From: an uncultured Chloroflexia bacterium
GTDB lineage: Bacteria; Chloroflexota; Limnocylindria; Limnocylindrales; CSP1-4
Assembly: GCA_963775225.1 (NCBI GenBank)
Contig: CAVZHW010000007.1
Span: forward strand, 135,105 to 199,104
Length of the DNA stretch: 64,000 nucleotides
Direction of reading: 5' to 3'
In this document: positions 31,126 to 40,674 of the stretch, one piece after another
How the letters are laid out: every line of letters begins with the position of its first letter
How positions within the stretch are numbered: the stretch's first letter is position 1
Made by a program: the position numbers and the translations under genes
The notes under the pieces: generated by a model
What the model was told of the DNA's origin: nothing
What the model saw: the letters and a program-made list of their open reading frames with translations, nothing else
Databases searched by the model: none

Positions 31126-31182
31126 AGCAACGCTCAGCGACGGCCGCGTGACAGGTCTTTCGGGTATTCCGACCGAGGCTCG

Positions 31183-31980
31183 ATGACCGCCACCGTCCTC
31201 GCAGACGCGAACGACGGGCTGATTGTGTTCGTCCAGGCGGCTCGAGCCGCCGAGCGATTGATCTTCGACGAGATACCCGCGGAGCGTCGTGATCACAGGG
31301 TCGGCGCATCGTGGTCGGCCAAGGACGTCCTTGCGCATATCTCCGCCTGGCGGGATCGCCAGGCCAGCCGGCTGACAACGCGCGCCGGTGGCACGCGGGC
31401 GTCATCGGCTGTGCGTATGGCCATAAGACTGGACGATGCGGCCATCGATATCGTCAACGCGAAGTCTCATGCCCAACGCGCTGCGTGGGCCTGGGAGCGC
31501 GTCGAGGCCGATGCCGACGCATCGGCGGGCCGCTTGATCGCCGCGCTGCGAGCCACCGATGCGTCGCTGCTCAGAGACAACGGGCTCCTCGTGGGTTCAA
31601 TCCTGGGCAGCGGGCCCCTTCACGATCTCGAGCACCTTTCGGCGGTACCAGGCACGCGGCGTAAGGCGCCCGCGCGTGCCCTCGTTCAGGTCGGACGCCG
31701 GATCGCCGGGGCAGGCGTCCTGCTCGACGGTGACGCCGGTCAGCTGCTCTACAACCTTGCCTGCCGAGAGGCACTCGACGGTCGTCTGGCGTCGGCACGG
31801 CAGCTGTTGAGGGCTGCCTTTCGACTGCGTCCCGATCTGGCTGTATGGGCCGCCACCGACACGGATCTCGCGCGGCTCCGCGCGGAACTCAAGGCGATGC
31901 TCGCCGGCTCCGGCCCGCCGAATCCAGGTGTGCGAGCGCATGCCCATCGTTCTCACGCCGGTCCCATTGTTCCAATGTAG
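31183..31980 (+). CDS. Hypothetical protein with a DinB/ClbS-like four-helix-bundle N-domain
   Basis: WSAKDVLAHISAWRDRQ resembles the DinB_2/ClbS family. The C-terminal part is TPR-like (LLYNLACREALDGRLASARQLL). Confidence 0.45.
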   Translation: MTATVLADANDGLIVFVQAARAAERLIFDEIPAERRDHRVGASWSAKDVLAHISAWRDRQASRLTTRAGGTRASSAVRMAIRLDDAAIDIVNAKSHAQRAAWAWERVEADADASAGRLIAALRATDASLLRDNGLLVGSILGSGPLHDLEHLSAVPGTRRKAPARALVQVGRRIAGAGVLLDGDAGQLLYNLACREALDGRLASARQLLRAAFRLRPDLAVWAATDTDLARLRAELKAMLAGSGPPNPGVRAHAHRSHAGPIVPM

Positions 31981-31991
31981 ACACAGCCCTG

Positions 31992-32000
31992 TGGTAATGT
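31992..32000 (+). promoter_or_regulatory. Extended -10 element placed for a leaderless vapB mRNA
   Basis: TGgTAATGT at 31992-32000, with ATG 32007 following 6 nt later. No good -35. Confidence 0.4.
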
Positions 32001-32006
32001 GGACAC

Positions 32007-32267
32007 ATGGCTGATGTCGGAATCCGAGAACTGAAACAGCGTCTCTCCGAGTACCTTGATCGGGCGGAACGGGGCGAGATCCTGCGGGTCACCGACCGGG
32101 GCCGGCCGAAGGCGGTCCTCGGACCGGTGCCAGGTCGCGCGCGCATCGAGGACGGGATCCGCACCGGCTGGATCACGCCCGGCACCGGTGCACCACTCGG
32201 CCCGGTGCAGCGCTCGAAGGCATCGAGGCGGGTGCTTGTCGTGCTGGCCGAGGATCGCGGCGAGTGA
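32007..32267 (+). CDS. vapB: Phd/YefM-type antitoxin of a VapBC module
   Basis: MADVGIRELKQRLSEYLDRAERGEILRVTDRGRPKAVLGP. 4-nt overlap with the PIN gene. Confidence 0.8.
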   Translation: MADVGIRELKQRLSEYLDRAERGEILRVTDRGRPKAVLGPVPGRARIEDGIRTGWITPGTGAPLGPVQRSKASRRVLVVLAEDRGE

Positions 32268-32668
32268 GCACCTACGTCGACTCGAGCGCCCTGCTCAAGC
32301 GTTACGTGGAGGAGGCCGACTCGGCCGCCGCCGACGCCCTGCTGCGCGCGGACCGCGAACTCCTGACGGCCCGACACACCATCGTCGAGGTTCGCCGTAA
32401 CCTGGCTCGTTTGCTGTCGGGCCGTGCGCTTGCCGCAGCCGGACGCGCGTTCGCCGACGACCTGCGCTCTATCTCCATCATCGAGCTCGACGAAGGAACC
32501 TGCGAATCGGCGGCCACGATCGCGGAAACCACCGGCGTCAGGACGCTCGATGCCCTCCATCTGGCGGCCGCGCAGCGGGTCTCCGCGCCCGGGGCCGGCT
32601 TCCTGACGTTCGATCTGCGCCAGGCGCATGCGGCCCGTGCCCTTGGCCTGACCGTCGTGACTGCCTGA
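32264..32668 (+). CDS. vapC: PIN-domain toxin VapC
   Basis: MSTYVDSSALLKRYV (N-terminal Asp), TLDALHLAAA, FLTFDLRQ. Confidence 0.8.
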   Translation: MSTYVDSSALLKRYVEEADSAAADALLRADRELLTARHTIVEVRRNLARLLSGRALAAAGRAFADDLRSISIIELDEGTCESAATIAETTGVRTLDALHLAAAQRVSAPGAGFLTFDLRQAHAARALGLTVVTA

Positions 32669-32730
32669 CCGGACTCGGCGATCGCGTCTGATGGTCTCTT
32701 GGTAGTACTGGGTTGTGGGCGTGCCCGGCG

Positions 32731-34254
32731 CTAGGCCTCGACGTCCTCGTAGTACTCGATGCCCAGGTGCGTGATCTGCTCCTCGCCCATCATGTAACGG
32801 AGCGTGTTCTTGAGCTTCGTCTGCTGGATGAAGAGGTCATGTTCCGGGTATAGCCCCGGCGCGTGCTGTGGGCTCTTGAAGTAGAACGAGAGCCACTCCT
32901 GGATGCCCTTCATGCCCGCGCGCTGGGCGAGGTCGAAGAAGAGCGCGAGGTCGAGCACGAGCGGCGCCGCCAGGATCGAATCGCGGCACAGGAAATCGAT
33001 CTTGATCTGCATCGGGTAGCCCAGCCACCCGAAGATGTCGATGTTGTCCCAGCCCTCCTTGTTGTCGCCGCGCGGCGGGTAGTAGTTGATGCGCACCTTG
33101 TGGTAGATGTCGCCGTAGAGCTCGGGGTAGAGGTCGGGCTGGAGGACGTACTCCAGGACGCCGAGCTTCGACACCTCCTTCGTCTTGAAGCTTTCGGGGT
33201 CGTCGAGCACCTCGCCATCGCGATTGCCGAGGATGTTGGTCGAGTACCAGCCGGCGACACCGAGCATGCGCGCCTTGAGCATCGGCGAGATGACCGTCTT
33301 GATCAGCGTCTGGCCGGTCTTGAAGTCCTTGCCACCGATCGCCACGCCGCGGTCATTGGCGAGCTGCAGGAGTGCAGGGATGTCGGTGGTCAGATTCGGG
33401 GCGCCGTTGGCGAAGGGGACGTTCTCCATCAAGGCCGCGTATGCGTAAAGCATCGAGGGGGCGATGTTCTCGTCATTCGCCTCCATCGCCGCCTTGAGCG
33501 AATCGAGGTTCTCGTGGCAAGCGGCCGCTTCCATGTAGATCTCGGTCGAGGCGGCCCAGATCATCACCAGGCGATCGCAGCCGTTAGCCGCCTTGAAGTC
33601 GCGGATGTCCTTGCGCACGAACTCGGCCAGGGCCAGCTTCGTCGGCGCGGACTTGACGTTCGTGCCAGTAAGCCGCTTGACGTAGAACTGGTCGAAGACG
33701 GCTGGCATCGGCTTGATCGACTGGAGGAAGTCCTTGATCGGCTCGATGTGCTCGTGCTTGTCGAGCACACCGGCGTTCAGCGCGGAGGCGTAGGCGTCGT
33801 CGGGGATGGGGTCCCAGGCGCCGAAGACGAGGTCGTCGAGGTCGGCCAGCGGGACGAAGTCCTTGATCAGCGGGTTGCGGTTGTCGGTGCGCTTGCCGAG
33901 CCTGATGCGGCCCATCTGGGTGACCGAGCCGATCGGCTTGGCGAAACCACGGCGGGTGTTCTCCACGCCCGCGATGAACGTCGTCGCCACGGCGCCGAGG
34001 CCGACGATGAGGACGCCGAGCTTGCCCGTGGCGGGCTTGATTTCCACGACCGGAGCCGGAGTGAAGTCCTTTGGTTCCAAGACGATGCCTCTTTCGCGTG
34101 CGAGGGCGAGCAGCTGCCTGTGATGCTGCGTCGGGACCATGCCCGTGGCCGCCCAGTGTTGGATGGTGCTCTGGCGAGTGTTCAGGAGCTGGGCCAGCGC
34201 GCTCTGTCCGCCGAAGCGGGCAATGACGCGTTCAGCGCTGTTCTTAGGTTCCAC
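32731..34254 (-). CDS. ino1: Inositol-3-phosphate synthase with an in-frame N-terminal Cro/YdaS-like HTH extension
   Basis: Residues ~75-507 form a full MIPS (GKLGVLIVGLGAVATTFIAGV Rossmann start, NGAPNL, GWYSTNILGNRDG, DSILAAPLVLDL). Residues 1-65 (FGGQSALAQLLNTRQSTIQHWAATGMVPTQHHRQLLALARERGI) look like a Cro/YdaS HTH. No stop separates the two parts. GTG start at 34254. Confidence 0.8.
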   Translation of the reverse strand: MEPKNSAERVIARFGGQSALAQLLNTRQSTIQHWAATGMVPTQHHRQLLALARERGIVLEPKDFTPAPVVEIKPATGKLGVLIVGLGAVATTFIAGVENTRRGFAKPIGSVTQMGRIRLGKRTDNRNPLIKDFVPLADLDDLVFGAWDPIPDDAYASALNAGVLDKHEHIEPIKDFLQSIKPMPAVFDQFYVKRLTGTNVKSAPTKLALAEFVRKDIRDFKAANGCDRLVMIWAASTEIYMEAAACHENLDSLKAAMEANDENIAPSMLYAYAALMENVPFANGAPNLTTDIPALLQLANDRGVAIGGKDFKTGQTLIKTVISPMLKARMLGVAGWYSTNILGNRDGEVLDDPESFKTKEVSKLGVLEYVLQPDLYPELYGDIYHKVRINYYPPRGDNKEGWDNIDIFGWLGYPMQIKIDFLCRDSILAAPLVLDLALFFDLAQRAGMKGIQEWLSFYFKSPQHAPGLYPEHDLFIQQTKLKNTLRYMMGEEQITHLGIEYYEDVEA

Positions 34255-34265
34255 GCCGCCAGTAT

Positions 34266-34280
34266 AACGACTTTTTCGTT
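34266..34280. promoter_or_regulatory. Palindrome AACGA-N5-TCGTT just upstream of ino1
   Basis: Perfect 5-nt arms at 34266-34270 and 34276-34280, 12 nt from the ino1 start. Possible operator; function unknown. Confidence 0.25.
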
Positions 34281-34401
34281 AGTCGGCTACTTGAGGGGGC
34301 GCGAGCTAGTACGGCTGGCTAAAGCGGTCACGCATCTGGTCCGTTGCGCACCAATCCCTCTTCGACCATCCTCAACGCACAGCTGCCACTAGGACCACTT
34401 C

Positions 34402-35763
34402 GTGCACAACATGCTCGTGAATGACCGACCGAAGCGCCCTTTGTTGGGGCGCGGTTTGGCGGCAACCCGCGCACTGGTCCAGGAAATTGGGGCAAAGCGG
34501 GCTCGCTGGCTCGCACCGCTCGCGCCTGCCTCGTCGAGGCGATACTGGGCCAGCCAACGCCAGCGACTCTCGGACGCGGCACAGAATGGCATGCGCATAG
34601 TGATCGTCGCCGCCGTGCTCGACATCCTCGTGCTGACGCCTGTTGGTCATGATGCCGCCCGCCCATTCATCCTCACAAACGTGGCGATCGCGGTCGCGGC
34701 AATCGTGGCTATTGTCGTGATCTCGAGACAGTGGCGCCGGTCCCCCGTGTTGCCGGTGGTCGCCGTGCTGACCCTGATTGACCTTGGCACGGCGCGACTT
34801 GGCCTTGCCTATCCAGAGATGCATCTGGTCCTCTTTGGCTACCTTCTCCTGCTGCCGACGGTGGTTGCACTCGTCATCCCGTGGTCGACCAGGGTGCATG
34901 GCGCATGGCTGCTGATGCACATGGCACTGACCGTTGCCTACCTGATGATGGCCGCGGTCCCGGCACATTACGAGTTACGTACGGAGCTGGCGCTGCTCGC
35001 AGTCTCGTCGGGCGTGAGCCTGTACGGCCATTTTGCTGGCTACCATTCGCGCGTCGGCAGCTTCGTAAATACCAACCGGATCAACGCCCTCAACAGGCAG
35101 GCTGGGCGGGACCAGTTCAAGCTTGCCGCCCTGAACACCGTCCTGGACCTGGCGGCTCGGACTGACGCGTTGACCGGCTTGAAGAACCGGCTCGCCCTCA
35201 AGGACGACCTGTTGGTGCTCCGCTCGCGCATCAAGCGCCACGGCGAGCGATTTGTTCTCATGCTGGCCGATCTCGATCACTTCAAGGGCATCAACGACCA
35301 CCTTGGCCATGTTGCAGGCGATGCCGTCCTACAGGCCGTTGCGGGCCGTCTGGCAGTTTCGTTTCGTCCCGAGGACGGCGTGTATCGCTTTGGCGGCGAG
35401 GAGTTCGTGCTCCTTATGAAAAGCACTCCGAGCACCGCGGCCGGCGATGTCGCCGAACGCGCCCGACAATCGATTGCGTCACTGGACCTGGCTCACCCCG
35501 CCAACCCACCGCATGACAGGGTCACGATCTCCGTCGGAGCCTTAACGGTCGGAACACCGGAGCTGGCACTTGACGACGACGCCTGGTTCCGACGAGCCGA
35601 CCAAGCTCTCTACCAAGCCAAAGCGGATGGCCGCGACCGATCCGTTGTGTGGGTCAGACCGGAAAAGCCGGCCGCCGCCGTTAAGGGCACACGGCTTCCC
35701 CTAGTACCCCAGCCGGCCGGCCATTCAGGCAGAGTCATGTCAGCGAGTGACACGCGCCCATAA
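34402..35763 (+). CDS. Membrane-bound diguanylate cyclase (GGDEF domain)
   Basis: N-terminal half has ~6 hydrophobic helices. C-terminal GGDEF domain: TDALTGLKNRLAL, DLDHFKGINDHLGHVAGD, RFGGEEFVLL. Confidence 0.85.
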   Translation: MHNMLVNDRPKRPLLGRGLAATRALVQEIGAKRARWLAPLAPASSRRYWASQRQRLSDAAQNGMRIVIVAAVLDILVLTPVGHDAARPFILTNVAIAVAAIVAIVVISRQWRRSPVLPVVAVLTLIDLGTARLGLAYPEMHLVLFGYLLLLPTVVALVIPWSTRVHGAWLLMHMALTVAYLMMAAVPAHYELRTELALLAVSSGVSLYGHFAGYHSRVGSFVNTNRINALNRQAGRDQFKLAALNTVLDLAARTDALTGLKNRLALKDDLLVLRSRIKRHGERFVLMLADLDHFKGINDHLGHVAGDAVLQAVAGRLAVSFRPEDGVYRFGGEEFVLLMKSTPSTAAGDVAERARQSIASLDLAHPANPPHDRVTISVGALTVGTPELALDDDAWFRRADQALYQAKADGRDRSVVWVRPEKPAAAVKGTRLPLVPQPAGHSGRVMSASDTRP

Positions 35764-35964
35764 GGCCGTTCGACATCGCCGAAGTGGCGAAGAGATTGGC
35801 CGCGAGCCGGTCCTCCGCTGCCGAGAAGGCCAGCGCGACGACTCGGGAGAGAGGGCACGCTCAGCGATGCTGACGATCTGACGGAAGAACCACATCCGTG
35901 ATCACAGCCAGGTGGTAGACAGAAGAAACACCACGACTGACGCGCTCGCGCTAGCGTAAGTCTC

Positions 35965-37032
35965 GTGAACACGCTGCCGCTGCCGCTGTTGCTGGTCATC
36001 TTCGTGGCCGCCGGCGCAGCGGTGTGGCTGGCCGGAAGCAGGCTGTCGATGGCCACCGACGTACTCGACACGAAGCTCGGCCTCGGCGATGCGTTCGGCG
36101 GTCTCATCCTGCTCGCGATCGTCACCAACTTGCCCGAGATCGCGATCGTGGTCAGTGCGGCCCTGACTCACCAGGTGGGCATCGCCGTCGGAAACATCCT
36201 GGGCGGCATCGCCATGCAGACCCTGGTGTTGGTGCTCCTCGATGCCGTCGCAGTCCCCGGCACCAAGGCTCTCAGCTACCTTGGGGCGTCGCTGCTGGTG
36301 CTGCTCGAGGCAGGCATGGTGGTGGCGGTGTTGAGCATTACGGTGATGGGCAGCCAGCTGCCCGCGGGCCTCTTGCTGTGGCGGATCGACCCGGCCGCCC
36401 TGCTCATCGTCGTGGTCTGGGTAGCGGGACTTCTCCTGGTCCATCGCGCCCGCAAGGGGCTGCCCTGGCACGAGCAGGGGCAGCCGCCAGATGGCCAGAG
36501 CAAGGCGCGCGGGCACTCGAAGAAGGCCCGGGCCCAGGACGCGGTGGAGCGCGGCATGAGCACCAACCGTGCGGCTTTCGTGTTCGTGATCGGAGCAGCT
36601 GTGACCCTGGCCGCGGGCGCCCTGCTCGAGCTCAGCGGCGAAGGCATCGCCACGCAGGTCCACATGAGCGGGGTCCTCTTCGGGGCCACTGTGCTCGCCG
36701 CGGCGACCTCGCTGCCGGAGGTCTCGACGGGCCTGGCCTCGGTTCGAATGGGCGACTATCAGCTGGCCTTCGGCGATATCTTCGGAGGCAATGCCTTCCT
36801 TCCGGTCCTGTTCCTTGTCGCGAGCCTGCTGTCGGGCCAGGCGGTCGTGCCCCAGGCCCAGGTCACCGACATCTATCTGACCGGCCTTGGCGCGCTACTC
36901 AGCGTGGTGTATATGTTCGGGATCGTGTTTCGGCCGTCACGAACAATCGCGCGTGTCGGCCTCGACTCGGCTGTCGTTCTTCTCTTGTACCTGGTCGGGA
37001 TGGCCGGCCTGGTCGTCATCGGCACCTCGTGA
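35965..37032 (+). CDS. Ca2+/cation antiporter (CaCA, Na+/Ca2+-exchanger-like) family membrane protein
   Basis: Two alpha-repeat-like segments (GDAFGGLILLAIVTNLPE and GDIFGGNAFLPVLF) separated by a charged loop. Confidence 0.7.
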   Translation: MNTLPLPLLLVIFVAAGAAVWLAGSRLSMATDVLDTKLGLGDAFGGLILLAIVTNLPEIAIVVSAALTHQVGIAVGNILGGIAMQTLVLVLLDAVAVPGTKALSYLGASLLVLLEAGMVVAVLSITVMGSQLPAGLLLWRIDPAALLIVVVWVAGLLLVHRARKGLPWHEQGQPPDGQSKARGHSKKARAQDAVERGMSTNRAAFVFVIGAAVTLAAGALLELSGEGIATQVHMSGVLFGATVLAAATSLPEVSTGLASVRMGDYQLAFGDIFGGNAFLPVLFLVASLLSGQAVVPQAQVTDIYLTGLGALLSVVYMFGIVFRPSRTIARVGLDSAVVLLLYLVGMAGLVVIGTS

Positions 37033-37065
37033 GGACGGTCGACCAGGTGGGACGCATTGCCCGAG

Positions 37066-37494
37066 CTATTTCGTCAGTCGGAAGTACGTCCGGCTGCGAA
37101 TCTGCTTCTCGTCGAGCTCGTATCTGCCAGATCCCCAACGCTCGGGGCGCCTCATGATCGTGTACCAGACCATCTGTCCGAAGAACATCGCAGATCGATC
37201 GACGTCACCTAGCGCAGCCTTCCTGAAGATCGGCTCGAACGCCGTACCGGTCCAGTCGCTGCCGGGCAGCCAGCTTGACGTCGTGATCTCGGCGCCGCTC
37301 TCGTCGATGAGTTCGTTGATGCGCCCGACCATTGCATCGAACTCAGCAACGGACAGTCGACTCTTGAGAGTGTCGAACTGCCCTCGGTAGGGAATGAGGT
37401 CGATAGATCGCCCTGTGTCGATATCGATCAACATGCCCTCATTCTGACTGGTGCGGGCGTTCTGGCAACCGACAGCCGAGCGCGCCGTAGCCAT
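37066..37494 (-). CDS. Hypothetical protein (orphan, lower GC)
   Basis: ORF 37066-37569. The start is probably ATG 37494 or 37434, because the upstream part overlaps the AI-2E gene. I recognise no domain. Two 60-nt lines count 55-58% GC. Confidence 0.4.
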   Translation of the reverse strand: MATARSAVGCQNARTSQNEGMLIDIDTGRSIDLIPYRGQFDTLKSRLSVAEFDAMVGRINELIDESGAEITTSSWLPGSDWTGTAFEPIFRKAALGDVDRSAMFFGQMVWYTIMRRPERWGSGRYELDEKQIRSRTYFRLTK

Positions 37495-37501
37495 CGATTC
37501 C

Positions 37502-38647
37502 TCAGGACCGGACGACCTCAGCCTTGGCCGCTGGTTCTTCGGCAGAACTGTGCACGCCTGCAATCGCATGCTGGGCGACCTGGCTCTCGCGATCCTGCAC
37601 CCGCTCGAGGACAGCGACCAGGACGGCGGCCATGGGGACCGCGATCAGCGCGCCCACGATGCCCCCAAGAGATCCCCCGATCAGCAGAAAGAGGATGATG
37701 AGAAACGGTGAGACGCCGACCGCATTACGCATGACACGCGGGACCAGCACGTTGGCTTCGACGACTTGGATGACAGCGTATGCAATGACAACGGGCAACA
37801 GCGTCTCCGGCTTGAGGGTCGCCGCAACCAGGATTGCCGGCACCGCCCCAATGGCTGGGCCCACGAGAGGTACCGCCTCCGCTAATCCGGCGAAGACGCC
37901 CAGCGCGACCGCCGACGGCACCCCGATAACAAGGTATGCCACTCCGGCAGCGATCCCCATCGTGACCATCAGGATCAACTGGCCGCGCACCCAACCTCCC
38001 AGACGGATCTCGGCCTGATTCCAGGCGTCGCGGGTATCGGCCCTACGGGAGGCCGGGACGAAGCTCAGCACGAACCGCTGGAGATGAGATCTCTCGATCA
38101 ACCAGAAGTACATGAGCGTCAAGACCGTGACGGTTGAAACGACCACGTCGCCAATTGCCAAGCCCGCGGCGACCACCGTTCCTGCTTGAGCGCTGCCGCT
38201 CGGGTTGAGGGCTCTTTCGGCCGCGTTGATCAGGGCCTCTGCGCTCGTCGACAGGGCGCCCGGCAGAGACTCCCGCGCGAACGTGCGCGCGTGTTCCAAC
38301 GCGGTCGGCAGGGCAGCCATGAGCTGGCCAACCTCGTTGACCATTCCCGGAATGGCCACCAACCCAAACGCAACCAACGCCAGCGTGAATGTCCCGTAGA
38401 CCAGCAGAATTGCCGCGCCACGTGGAATCGGCAGCGCATCGCGAAGGCGACCGATCAGCGGCTCAAGCCCAGACGCCAGCAGTAGCGCGATGAACACGAG
38501 TAGCAGAACCTTCGATGCCGATACAAGCTCGGTCGCGATCGCATAGATGACCAGGCCGCCGCCCACGAAGCCGACCCCGCGCTCGAATTCGCGCGCGACC
38601 TCTGAGCGTCCAGACCGCCTGGGCTGATCCGCTGCCTCGTCGTTCAT
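37502..38647 (-). CDS. AI-2E family transporter (PerM/UPF0118)
   Basis: 381 aa polytopic protein. The GLAEAVPLVGPAIGAVPA motif region is typical of the family. Confidence 0.75.
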   Translation of the reverse strand: MNDEAADQPRRSGRSEVAREFERGVGFVGGGLVIYAIATELVSASKVLLLVFIALLLASGLEPLIGRLRDALPIPRGAAILLVYGTFTLALVAFGLVAIPGMVNEVGQLMAALPTALEHARTFARESLPGALSTSAEALINAAERALNPSGSAQAGTVVAAGLAIGDVVVSTVTVLTLMYFWLIERSHLQRFVLSFVPASRRADTRDAWNQAEIRLGGWVRGQLILMVTMGIAAGVAYLVIGVPSAVALGVFAGLAEAVPLVGPAIGAVPAILVAATLKPETLLPVVIAYAVIQVVEANVLVPRVMRNAVGVSPFLIILFLLIGGSLGGIVGALIAVPMAAVLVAVLERVQDRESQVAQHAIAGVHSSAEEPAAKAEVVRS

Positions 38648-38707
38648 GGCCGAACATTACAGCGGGCTTGAGTGAGAGCTGCTGCCAGGTGCGTGACCCG
38701 AGACTGC

Positions 38708-39040
38708 CTAGTTGATCGCCGTCGCGTCGAGCGTGTGCACGCTAACGCATTGCGTGTCGAATGGCACCCAGGACAGAGTCCCGGAGACGGTGAGCGACTC
38801 CCCCATCCCGATGAAGCGCCCGTCAGGTTTGCCAAGGCCGTCGGCGTCCGCCGCGTAGTCGGGCGGCAGATGCCGAAGCCAGTAGAGATCGGTACCGTTC
38901 GCATCCGGGCCATGGATGTAGAGGCAGTGGCCGTCGGCGCCCTCGAGTGTCCCGGTGATGGTCGCGGTCCCGCTGGCGCAGCCCGAGACGAGGAGTGTCG
39001 CGCAGATCGCGACGCAGGCCGCAAGCCGAAGCCCTTTCAA
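38708..39040 (-). CDS. Small lipoprotein, function unknown
   Basis: MKGLRLAACVAICATLLVSGC has a lipobox (LVSGC). 110 aa. Confidence 0.6.
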   Translation of the reverse strand: MKGLRLAACVAICATLLVSGCASGTATITGTLEGADGHCLYIHGPDANGTDLYWLRHLPPDYAADADGLGKPDGRFIGMGESLTVSGTLSWVPFDTQCVSVHTLDATAIN

Positions 39041-39065
39041 AGCTGGTACTCCATTAGGCGGGGGG

Positions 39066-40031
39066 TTAGCCGAGTGTCAGGACTACGTTCCCGCTCTTGC
39101 GCCAGCTCTCGACGTAGCGGTGCGCTTCCACGACCTGCTCCAGCGGGTAGGTCCGATCGATCACGGGGTGGTATTCGCCGGCCTCGATGAGCTCCTTCAT
39201 AAGCTGAACATCGGCCTTCGATCGCCTTCCTGCCGCGAACTTCAGCTTCCGACCGCCGACCACGCGGGTTGCGATGGCCATGACGGCCGTATTCAGCTTG
39301 TGCGGCCCGAAATCCGTCTCAACGTAGATGCCACTGGGCTCCAACGCACTCTTGCCCCAGTGGTAGGCGTACTTGCCAACCGCGTCGATGACAACGTCGA
39401 AGATGTGGCCGAGCTTGGTCAGGTCCTCACGGGTGTAGTCGATCACCGCGTCGGCGCCCAGCGAGCGCACCAGTTCGACGTGATTCGTGCTCGTGACACC
39501 GGTGACGTGGGCGCCCAGGTGTTTCGCGATCTGAACCGCTGCCGTTCCAAGGGAGCCCGACGCGCCATAGATCGCGACCCGGCTGCCTTTGCCAACATCC
39601 CCCACGCGCAGTGTCGCAAGCGCCTGCATCGCGCCGTCGCCGACCGCGGCTGCCTCCTCGAAGCTCAGCTTCGCGGGCTTGTGGGCGATCGGCCCGTTCT
39701 CCGCGACGCACACATATTCGGCGTGCGCTCCGAGCCATCTCATCAGGCCGAAGACCTCGTCGTCGGCTTTGAACTCGGTTACGCCAGCGCCGACCACCTC
39801 GACGACGCCGGCGAAGTCCACACCCAGCGTGCGCCATCTTGGCCCGCGCAAGCCGCCGACAAGTCGCCAGAGCGGCGGGTGCGCGCCCCTGACGTGGGTG
39901 TCGGTCTGGCTGACGGTCGACGCCCGCACTCGAACGAGCACCTCGCCATCTTTTGGCGTGGGGCGCTCGACCTCTTCGACACGCAGGACCTCGGGCGGTC
40001 CATACCGATCCTGCACGACAGCCCGCATCAC
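39066..40031 (-). CDS. NAD(P)-dependent medium-chain dehydrogenase/reductase (quinone-oxidoreductase-like)
   Basis: MRAVVQDRYGPPEVLRVEEVERPTP...; nucleotide-binding segment VAIYGASGSLGTAAVQIAK. Confidence 0.8.
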   Translation of the reverse strand: MMRAVVQDRYGPPEVLRVEEVERPTPKDGEVLVRVRASTVSQTDTHVRGAHPPLWRLVGGLRGPRWRTLGVDFAGVVEVVGAGVTEFKADDEVFGLMRWLGAHAEYVCVAENGPIAHKPAKLSFEEAAAVGDGAMQALATLRVGDVGKGSRVAIYGASGSLGTAAVQIAKHLGAHVTGVTSTNHVELVRSLGADAVIDYTREDLTKLGHIFDVVIDAVGKYAYHWGKSALEPSGIYVETDFGPHKLNTAVMAIATRVVGGRKLKFAAGRRSKADVQLMKELIEAGEYHPVIDRTYPLEQVVEAHRYVESWRKSGNVVLTLG

Positions 40032-40178
40032 GCGATGAGCGTAACCGCCTGAGCGTCGAAAACCACCTGGATACTGCCTACTATTCCAATGAGGCTCGCC
40101 GGCTTCCCACGCGTTTCGCTGATGTTTCGGACCTCGGCCAGGGCTGCGACACGCTCGAGTCGATACGAGGCGGTTGCG

Positions 40179-40640
40179 CTAGCTCGGCTGGACGCGCTCC
40201 GCGAGGCCTCGCAGCACGCCCGTCAGTCCATCGGGAAAGACCGGGTCATGCGTGGCTTCGAGATCGGCCAGAGACCACCAGCGATGAGCCGCGACTGCGG
40301 CCGCTTCGTTGTCGCCTTGACGGCTGACCAGCCTGTCCGCTCGGTCGATGCGCGCGACAAAGTGCCACTCATCCTGGTCGAAGCGCCGGCCGCGATAGAC
40401 GAAACGAGCACGACATCGAAGAACGAGAGGTCCGACGTCAGCCTCGATCCCGAGCTCCTCGATCAGTTCGCGCCGTGCTGCCTGTTCGGGCGTTTCGCCT
40501 TCCTCGATGCGGCCGCCAGGTGGATACCAGAAACCTCCGCGTTCCTCGTCGCGGTCGTCAAACAGCAGGAGGAGATGGTCATTGGGATCAAGGACGAGGA
40601 CGCGGGCGACGGGCCGCACGACCTCGGCAGGCTGGCTCAT
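40179..40640 (-). CDS. NUDIX hydrolase
   Basis: Nudix box GGRIEEGETPEQAARRELIEELGI. Confidence 0.85.
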   Translation of the reverse strand: MSQPAEVVRPVARVLVLDPNDHLLLLFDDRDEERGGFWYPPGGRIEEGETPEQAARRELIEELGIEADVGPLVLRCRARFVYRGRRFDQDEWHFVARIDRADRLVSRQGDNEAAAVAAHRWWSLADLEATHDPVFPDGLTGVLRGLAERVQPS

Positions 40641-40674
40641 TGCGCAACAAGTCTCATCGGGTCTGTGCCCTCGG

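Noticed and set aside
31585-31605. tRNA-like T-loop string GGGTTCAATCCTGGG
   Set aside because: The flanking bases do not form a T-stem (GTGGG versus CTGGG), no acceptor or anticodon arms are present, and it lies inside a coding ORF.
32863-34392. 509-aa plus-strand ORF
   Set aside because: It is antisense to ino1. Asp/Arg/His/Val-rich nonsense. Shadow ORF.
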